A DNA stretch of 31,131 bases from a virus (taxonomy: Duplodnaviria; Caudoviricetes), in IMG/VR virus record IMGVR_UViG_3300020045_001881, positions 1 through 31,131 of that record. One strand, 5' to 3'. The notes under the pieces are model-generated. The model saw only the letters and a list, made by a program, of their open reading frames with translations, did no database searches and was not told the DNA's origin. Positions 8,249-13,881 of this stretch are shown piece by piece (position 1 is the first letter of the stretch; each line of letters begins with the position of its first letter). The translations under genes and the position numbers were made by a program.

Positions 8249-8502
8249 AAAACCTATACTAAAACCCATACCAAGGGCCAAGTGTAGCCGGGTTTAAGCA
8301 AGCGCAGAAAAGGCAAAACTACGGCGAAAAGTTACGCCAAACAGGCGAAATATGATGGTAAATCAACGGCTTACGAGATTAATCCCAATGAAATCAACGA
8401 CTTACGAGAATGCTGAAAAACATGAACATAGTGATTCTTGAAAACAGTCTTCTCCAATGGAGAAACGGAGTTTTCTGAAAAACACATACTAAAACCTATA
8501 CT
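8249..8502. other. Putative attP
   Basis: Two pairs of tandem 12-bp repeats (8249-8272, 8479-8502) bracket two WATCAANNNNTTR matches; lies beside the int start. Confidence 0.75.
8361..8404 (+). promoter_or_regulatory. Two IHF-binding consensus sites
   Basis: AATCAACGGCTTA (8361-8373) and AATCAACGACTTA (8392-8404). Confidence 0.75.
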
Positions 8503-8568
8503 TGAACAGTCAGCGCGACCGTTGGCGCATAGACCATTTTCGCGGCGTCACGCAAATGGAAATACCTG

Positions 8569-8597
8569 TTGCGATGCTGGTTTAATCGGAGTATATT
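8569..8597 (+). promoter_or_regulatory. Sigma70-like promoter facing cassette array B
   Basis: TTGCGA-17 bp-TATATT. Confidence 0.65.
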
Positions 8598-8604
8598 TAA
8601 TTGT

Positions 8605-8665
8605 GATTGACGCCGCCTTAACGCGACACCCGTAAGGGCGGTCGCCGTTGAAGGCACAGTTATGC
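8605..8665 (-). repeat. attC-like site B1 (terminal, degenerate R')
   Basis: Minus strand GCATAAC-TGTGCC-TTCAAC-GGCGAC...GTCGC-GTTAA-GGCGGC-GTCAATC. Confidence 0.7.
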
Positions 8666-8680
8666 AACAGGAAGGATGAA

Positions 8681-8923
8681 ATGGAAACGACACCTAGAGT
8701 TATTGGGCTATCGCGTGACAATAGAACCCAGCGATGGAGCGTAACGTGCCCGAAGTGCGGCCATGTATTTGAACCGCAAACGACGAGACTGTCATGGCAA
8801 GACATTGACCGTCCTAAATCAAAGTGCGGAGCGCGAATGATGGCTGACTACAACTCAGAGCCTCCGACCGTGAGGCTGGCGCATAACGCCGCGTTAAGCG
8901 GCGGGCGCAGCCCGTCCGCTTGA
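8681..8923 (+). CDS. Cassette-borne zinc-ribbon protein
   Basis: AGGAAGGA RBS; CPKCG; bounded by GTTATGC/GCATAAC; stop inside B2. Confidence 0.7.
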   Translation: METTPRVIGLSRDNRTQRWSVTCPKCGHVFEPQTTRLSWQDIDRPKSKCGARMMADYNSEPPTVRLAHNAALSGGRSPSA

Positions 8924-8937
8924 ACTGCTGGTTATGC
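8881..8937 (-). repeat. attC-like site B2
   Basis: Minus strand GCATAAC-CAGCAG-TTCAAG-CGGAC GGGCTGCGCCCG CCG-CTTAA-CGCGGC-GTTATGC; canonical. Confidence 0.9.
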
Positions 8938-8963
8938 CGGCGAACTTTGAAAGAGGAGGCGAC

Positions 8964-9290
8964 ATGAGTATTGAAAAACAAATCGTTGAAGCTCAGTACA
9001 TGACCAGTGCTTTGCGACGAGAAGCCGCAGAGGAAATCGCGAGGTTGCGCAACGCATTGGCCCAAAGCGTGCAGATTGTCGCAGAACACCGTGACGGGCG
9101 TCTGGCCGCACTGGAACGGGCCGCAGTCTTTGAGGCGCGGCTGCAAGAGATTGGCGACTTGGCGGCGAGTAGCCAAACAGGCCCGGCACTGCGTGAAGTG
9201 TTGGCACAGATCGAGACGATGACGGATATGAGGCATAACGCAAAAAGTGAGGGGGCGAGCGGATTTATCGCGAAGCTCCCTCTCGACTGA
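8964..9290 (+). CDS. Cassette-borne coiled-coil phage protein
   Basis: GAGGAGG RBS; EAAEEIARLR module; stop inside B3. Confidence 0.7.
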   Translation: MSIEKQIVEAQYMTSALRREAAEEIARLRNALAQSVQIVAEHRDGRLAALERAAVFEARLQEIGDLAASSQTGPALREVLAQIETMTDMRHNAKSEGASGFIAKLPLD

Positions 9291-9300
9291 CGGGTTCGAC
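9233..9300 (-). repeat. attC-like site B3
   Basis: Minus strand GTCGAAC-CCGTCA-GTCGAG-AGGGAG...CCCC-CTCAC-TTTTTGC-GTTATGC. Confidence 0.85.
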
Positions 9301-9343
9301 GGCGACCGTACTGGAAACCACACACCATACCGAGGACGATACG

Positions 9344-9613
9344 ATGCAAACAGAACAAGCGGTGAAGATGGCAGCGAAGCTCTACGAGTGCCGAGACACG
9401 GCAAAGCGGCTCTTTGGCACGGCCTACCAGCAGCGAATGGACGCCTACGGCCAAGCCGTGAAGTCTGCCGCCAACGCGATGAATTGCAGCGAAGTGGCCG
9501 CAGCGACGACGCTGGCGACCAAGGCGGGCGGACTGTCGGCGATCTGCTTCCTGGCCGCCGTGGTGGAGATGACCGAGCCGTCGAACGCTGGAGGTAAGCG
9601 GAGTGACGACTAG
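9344..9613 (+). CDS. Cassette-borne hypothetical protein
   Basis: GAGG RBS; ends GTTCGACGGC(9294-9303)/GCCGTCGAAC(9577-9586) are complementary; stop inside B4. Confidence 0.75.
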   Translation: MQTEQAVKMAAKLYECRDTAKRLFGTAYQQRMDAYGQAVKSAANAMNCSEVAAATTLATKAGGLSAICFLAAVVEMTEPSNAGGKRSDD

Positions 9614-9660
9614 GAGCGAAGCGACGACGGCGGTACGGCCGCTTGACCGCAATGTTATGC
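9580..9660 (-). repeat. attC-like site B4
   Basis: Minus strand GCATAAC-ATTGCG-GTCAAG-CGG...CCG-CTTAC-CTCCAGC-GTTCGAC. Confidence 0.85.
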
Positions 9661-10145
9661 GTATTTGGTGCTGCGGATGTGGTTGTGACGTGGATGCACG
9701 GCTGACGGACGGAGGAGAGATTTACCCGCACCGTGAAGACCTGCATAGCCTGCCGTTTTGGCGCTGCAACACCTGCGGTAACTTTGTTGGGTGCCACCAC
9801 AAGACAAAGAACCGGACGGCCCCGCTTGGGTGCATTCCTACGCCGGAGTTGAAGGAAGCCCGCAAGCACTTGCATGCACTGATTGACCCGATATGGCAGT
9901 CGGGGCGTATGGGGCGGCGCGAACTGTACGAGGCGATTAGCCGCGAGGTTGGCTGGAACTATCACACGGCCAAGACTCGCACGATTGAAGAGGCGCGGGC
10001 AGCCTACAAAGCCGCGCAGAAGCTGACGCATAAGCAATATATAGAGCAAAAGGCGCCCTATAACACCACTGCAGGCGCAACAAAAAGCGGCGCAAAGTCT
10101 CACACACCAGCGCCATGCAGCTACATTAAAAATAGCAACAATTAG
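9603..10145 (+). CDS. Cassette-borne DUF3268-like zinc-finger protein
   Basis: CCGCG...EIYPHR...CNTCGNFVGCH...PLG...H..IDPIW; start at GTG 9603 (GGAGG RBS inside B4) or ATG 9657. Confidence 0.75.
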   Translation: MTTRSEATTAVRPLDRNVMRIWCCGCGCDVDARLTDGGEIYPHREDLHSLPFWRCNTCGNFVGCHHKTKNRTAPLGCIPTPELKEARKHLHALIDPIWQSGRMGRRELYEAISREVGWNYHTAKTRTIEEARAAYKAAQKLTHKQYIEQKAPYNTTAGATKSGAKSHTPAPCSYIKNSNN

Positions 10146-10150
10146 AGCAG

Positions 10151-10306
10151 ATGAAAAAACCAGGCCGGCCAGTCGGAACAAAGAAGCCGCCGACCTACCG
10201 CGTGCAAGTGATGCTTGATGAACCGGCGCCGCGTCTATCGCGCATCAAGCGGCTGGAGTGGATTGTTGAGCGGTTGCAAAGGATGATTGAGAGGATGAAG
10301 CGATGA
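10151..10306 (+). CDS. Small basic, putative DNA-binding protein (51 aa)
   Basis: MKKPGRPVGTKK AT-hook-like start; ATGA overlap with the next gene. Confidence 0.5.
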   Translation: MKKPGRPVGTKKPPTYRVQVMLDEPAPRLSRIKRLEWIVERLQRMIERMKR

Positions 10307-10536
10307 AACGGTACAACCATTTTTGCGGTTATGACGGCGGCGGGCCAGCAGAGGCCGAAGAGTCGCCAGATGGCGCCTTTGTTCGATACGATGATGCGGT
10401 AGCTGCCGTTGCAGCAGAGCGCGAGCGGTGCGCGAAGGCTGTGGAGTCGCTGGATGACGACTACCTGCGCGCATCTCCGTGTCGCAATGCGCTGAAACGC
10501 GCCGCCAAGGCGATACGGGCGCCATCAATTCCGTGA
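10303..10536 (+). CDS. Phage hypothetical protein
   Basis: MKRY...ESPDGAFVRYDD and AERERCAK...AKAIRA modules. Confidence 0.7.
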   Translation: MKRYNHFCGYDGGGPAEAEESPDGAFVRYDDAVAAVAAERERCAKAVESLDDDYLRASPCRNALKRAAKAIRAPSIP

Positions 10537-10546
10537 CGCCACGAAA

Positions 10547-10798
10547 ATGAACGGAGACACAATGGACAACGTACAGTCAACCGGAATGCGGTACGTTTTG
10601 CACCCTGGTTACGTAACCAGCAAAAATGACGGTCAAGAGCATTTCATCGGCGGTCCGCGATTGGCTATGTTGTACGGGGTTGACATGCGCCAGTGCGTAT
10701 TTGGCGACGTGAAGGAATACCGAGAGCAGGAGGGCGACGTGCATTTGTGGCCTGACTACCACGGCAACTACACCACGCCTTCTAATGGAAGCAGTTAA
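10547..10798 (+). CDS. Phage hypothetical protein (likely start 10562)
   Basis: GGAG RBS before ATG 10562; YVLHPGYVTSKNDGQEHFI; abuts the o-spanin stop. Confidence 0.65.
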   Translation: MNGDTMDNVQSTGMRYVLHPGYVTSKNDGQEHFIGGPRLAMLYGVDMRQCVFGDVKEYREQEGDVHLWPDYHGNYTTPSNGSS

Positions 10799-11038
10799 TC
10801 ACCTGCCAAGCCGCGCCGCCCTGCACTCATCATACATAGCCGCCAGCTCCTGCGCCTTGAGAATCCAAGCGCCCAGCGATCCATCAAGGAGCGGCGTGCG
10901 TTCCGGGCAGCTTGAGACCCCCAGCGGGGTTTGTTGCGGCGGCTTTACCGTCACGCTGCTGCACGCTGTCAATGCTAGAATTGAAAGCATCGACAGCAGC
11001 CTGCGAAGATTTGCAATCGCGATAAATGGTGCTTTCAT
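10799..11038 (-). CDS. Rz1: o-spanin lipoprotein
   Basis: Lipobox LTAC, Pro-rich, overlaps the i-spanin 3' half in another frame. Confidence 0.75.
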   Translation of the reverse strand: MKAPFIAIANLRRLLSMLSILALTACSSVTVKPPQQTPLGVSSCPERTPLLDGSLGAWILKAQELAAMYDECRAARLGR

Positions 11039-11255
11039 GGATTTCCTTCTCCAGCGTCTGCCGGATGGTTTGGTGCTTCGGCTTTAGCTTGGCAATGGCT
11101 TCGGCTGCGACGGTGTTGGCTGCGTCAACCGCTTCGGCGACGAGTTGCTGCTTGTCGATCTGGCTGGCTTTTTCGTGATCCACGCCGAGCCGGAAGCCAC
11201 CGAAGCCGGCGCCAAGGACTGACAGCAGCGCGGCGATGATGATGTAAGGGTTCAT
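10884..11255 (-). CDS. Rz: i-spanin
   Basis: N-terminal TM, helical periplasmic region with Cys, downstream of endolysin. Confidence 0.75.
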   Translation of the reverse strand: MNPYIIIAALLSVLGAGFGGFRLGVDHEKASQIDKQQLVAEAVDAANTVAAEAIAKLKPKHQTIRQTLEKEIHESTIYRDCKSSQAAVDAFNSSIDSVQQRDGKAAATNPAGGLKLPGTHAAP

Positions 11256-11464
11256 GTCGATTTATTGCAGCTCTGCAATCCCTGCCGATAAGCCGCCTCA
11301 CTCGCGGCGCGGATGATTTGCATGAAGGCGTCGCGCGTGAAAAGTGCGCAGCCGCCTTCCGCCGCACATTTGGCCGCCTGTTGCTCAGGAGTAAGTTCAG
11401 CATCTTGGGCGACTAGCGCGGTCGTTCCGGCCAGCAGGAACACGATAAAAGCAGCTTTCAACAT
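11252..11464 (-). CDS. Small secreted protein in the lysis cassette
   Basis: GAGG RBS; signal peptide MLKAAFIVFLLAGTTALVA; three Cys; ATGA overlap with Rz. Confidence 0.6.
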   Translation of the reverse strand: MLKAAFIVFLLAGTTALVAQDAELTPEQQAAKCAAEGGCALFTRDAFMQIIRAASEAAYRQGLQSCNKST

Positions 11465-11537
11465 GATGATTCCTCTGTTGGCCAAAGACGAAACTCCGCC
11501 GCGCGATGACCAACTCGACCGCACGGCGGATAGAAAC

Positions 11538-11981
11538 TCATGCCATTCCGTCCTTGCTGAAAAGCTCTTGTTCAGCGTCACGGCGGCGAGCAAGCCCGGC
11601 GACAACCTTGCCGCTATCCTTGGTCCAGCGGTCAAGCTGATCGTGTGCGCCGGAATAGTTTCCGGCGTTCAGCATCTTGAGAAGCGTTGAATTTTTGAAG
11701 GCGTTGATGCCGCAATTGAAAGTGAAGTCCACCAGTGCATCAAACTGGCCCTGGGTCAGATCCACTGTGACGTGATCATTGACCGCATCAACTGCGTCCT
11801 GCACGTTCGCCAGCAAGTCAGCGTCGGCCTGTTCTTGTGTGATGATTGAGCCTGGAATTACTTTGCGCGTGTTACCCCATCCGTTTGTCCAAACACCTCC
11901 GCCATCGCGATATGCTTTTAGGCGACATGATTCAAAGTGCTTGGTTAGCTCCAGTCCATCGCGGCTGTATTGCATGTTCAT
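11538..11981 (-). CDS. Endolysin, GH24 phage lysozyme
   Basis: FESCRLKAYRDGGGVWTNGWG (E-8x-D-5x-T), QFDALVDFTFNCG, GLARRRDAE. Confidence 0.92.
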   Translation of the reverse strand: MNMQYSRDGLELTKHFESCRLKAYRDGGGVWTNGWGNTRKVIPGSIITQEQADADLLANVQDAVDAVNDHVTVDLTQGQFDALVDFTFNCGINAFKNSTLLKMLNAGNYSGAHDQLDRWTKDSGKVVAGLARRRDAEQELFSKDGMA

Positions 11982-12295
11982 GATTGATCTCCTTGTCTGC
12001 GTTGCCGTGGTAAACCTTCGCGAACCCGCGTCCTGATGATCAGCAGGGCAAAGCCGATAAGCACTACGTCATCCGCAAGTGGCTGCAAAAAAGTAAGGTA
12101 AGCGCCTGGCGCCAAAACTGGAGCCGCAACAGTTCCGCCAGCACCCATCGCAAGCGCGACCCAGCCGATGGTTTTCAGTAGTTCGACCACGCGCACACGC
12201 GGCGCGAGGTCGGCGCGGAATGGTTTGGCGCGCTCCAATTTGTTAAGCGCCTCTGCCAAGACGATCAAGCCAGCGATCCAGTGCAGCGCGTTCAT
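11978..12295 (-). CDS. Putative holin/antiholin (membrane protein)
   Basis: Three hydrophobic segments, basic C-terminus, directly upstream of endolysin. Confidence 0.6.
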   Translation of the reverse strand: MNALHWIAGLIVLAEALNKLERAKPFRADLAPRVRVVELLKTIGWVALAMGAGGTVAAPVLAPGAYLTFLQPLADDVVLIGFALLIIRTRVREGLPRQRRQGDQS

Positions 12296-12681
12296 TCGAC
12301 ATTCCTCTCGCCGCCTTGAAAGCGCTTGATCAAACTCACGAGTGCAGCCTGGGCGCCAGCACCGACGACAAAGGCGGTGGACAGTAGGGCTGGATCAGAC
12401 GTGAACAGTGCGGCAACCAATGGCGTTGCATACCCTGCGGTCAAAGACGATGCAAAGGCAACAGCCATGCGCCGGAATGACAGGCGAACCAGCTCGCGCC
12501 ATGTGTCGGACGCGCCTGGAACGGTATCGAGAAGAATGATTGCGACGATGGCGCCGTTGAAGCCGGCCAGCAGCAGATCAGGGCGCAGCCCAAGCGGGAT
12601 GCCGAAGGCGGTCAACGCAGGGACGGTTACGGCCGTTGCTATCAGGGTGGCTGTCGCGGTCGTTGTCGTTGGTTCAGGCAT
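12292..12681 (-). CDS. Putative holin
   Basis: Multiple TM segments; first gene of the lysis cassette. Confidence 0.6.
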   Translation of the reverse strand: MPEPTTTTATATLIATAVTVPALTAFGIPLGLRPDLLLAGFNGAIVAIILLDTVPGASDTWRELVRLSFRRMAVAFASSLTAGYATPLVAALFTSDPALLSTAFVVGAGAQAALVSLIKRFQGGERNVE

Positions 12682-12696
12682 TTTTTCTCCTTTGCG

Positions 12697-12978
12697 TTAC
12701 TTCGGTTTCGCCTTTGCGTCTTTGACGCGCTGGTAAGCCGCCCTGAGTTGAGCGGCGTCGCCAGTGATAAGCGCCTCGGCCAGCATCAGGGGGGTGATTT
12801 GCCGTTCGAGAGCGCGCAGCTCTTGCGCCGCTTCTGCGGCGGGGTCTGGTGGCGGGAAGCGGTGAGCAAGAACCTCGGCCTCGCTCATGGGTGCCATGCC
12901 TTCGGTGATGAGTTGATCTTGGGAACCATCGTCCTCGAAGGCCCAGGCTTTGCCGGCAAGGTCTTTGAAATACTTCAT
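12697..12978 (-). CDS. Putative tail fibre assembly protein
   Basis: MKYFKD...AFEDDGSQD family; directly downstream of the fibre gene. Confidence 0.6.
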   Translation of the reverse strand: MKYFKDLAGKAWAFEDDGSQDQLITEGMAPMSEAEVLAHRFPPPDPAAEAAQELRALERQITPLMLAEALITGDAAQLRAAYQRVKDAKAKPK

Positions 12979-12980
12979 TT

Positions 12981-13880
12981 TTAAGCCCTCAGTTCATTCC
13001 ACTTGGTCAGCGTGGCGTTTGTTCCGGCGACGTTGTAAGTGACGCCGTTCGGGACGATGAAAGACAACGAAACAAATTGCGCGGTTGACTCAAACGAAAC
13101 GTTTGTGCCTTGCAAAACAACACCGCCCACGGTGACGGCAAGATCGGCATATTGGCTGGTTGCGCTGGTGCCGTGAACGTGGACCGAGATGGGTTTGCCT
13201 GATGTGTTGGTGTAGTTGGTGGCGAATGCGCGGCTGCCGGTGAGGTCTTGCCAAGTCTGACCGACACCGAGCGCCACGGCGGCAAGCCCAGCCGGAGTGA
13301 CGGCGCGGGCGGTGTCGGTGCCGGTTTGCGCCTCGGCCACGGTGGCAAGCTCAACAATGCCGGACACGGTTTCCGAAGATGGCGCGTTGTAAAGCGGCGC
13401 GCCTGACTTGCGGGTGTAGTGGACCAGGCGCACAACGCCGGCGGCGTAGCCACGGAAGGTTGCCATGTCTTCGGCGGCGGTGGTGATGTCGCCTAAAAGG
13501 CCCATCAACACCAGACTAGCCCCATTGGTCAGCGTCAAGGCGCCAGTGAAGCGCACTGTGCGCTCGGCGCCTTCGGCCAGGGTGATGGCGGTGATGGTGG
13601 TGGTGCCGGTGATGTCCACCAAGTTTCCCGTGGCGGTGGTCAGGTTGATGGTTGAAGCGCTGGCTATGTCTGCCCCGTGCGCCTCATTGAGCGCGCCGGT
13701 GAGGGTGCCGCCTGCGGTGCCGAGCGCGGCCAAGGCGGCGCGGGCTTCGGCTGCGTCTCCGGTGGCACCTAGAAGGCCTGTAACGTAGTCGTAGAGCTTT
13801 CCGAATCCGGTTTTTGCGACGGAGTTTGTCGGGTTGGGCGCCGTATCAACAAGTTCAGTTCGTGCGGGTGGTGCTGCCAT
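12981..13880 (-). CDS. Tail fibre protein
   Basis: GIVELATVAEAQTGTDTARAVTPAGL repeat; GVGQTWQDLTGSR...YTNTSGKPI C-terminal domain. Confidence 0.8.
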   Translation of the reverse strand: MAAPPARTELVDTAPNPTNSVAKTGFGKLYDYVTGLLGATGDAAEARAALAALGTAGGTLTGALNEAHGADIASASTINLTTATGNLVDITGTTTITAITLAEGAERTVRFTGALTLTNGASLVLMGLLGDITTAAEDMATFRGYAAGVVRLVHYTRKSGAPLYNAPSSETVSGIVELATVAEAQTGTDTARAVTPAGLAAVALGVGQTWQDLTGSRAFATNYTNTSGKPISVHVHGTSATSQYADLAVTVGGVVLQGTNVSFESTAQFVSLSFIVPNGVTYNVAGTNATLTKWNELRA

Positions 13881-13881
13881 T

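Noticed and set aside
8438-8635. 65-aa ORF in the att region
   Set aside because: TTG start, no clear RBS, overlaps arm repeats and the promoter.
2917-9660. Palindromic repeats as CRISPR repeats or terminators
   Set aside because: Sequences are divergent, separated by whole genes, lack U-tracts, and no cas genes are present.
8814-10181. 455-aa minus-strand ORF spanning array B
   Set aside because: No recognisable domain, Arg/Pro/Ser-rich, and it crosses several separate cassettes. The plus-strand ORFs have RBSs and known motifs, so this is likely a shadow frame.
10146-10798. Further cassettes downstream of array B
   Set aside because: Only an isolated TCTAAT near 10781; no complete palindrome or complementary ends found.
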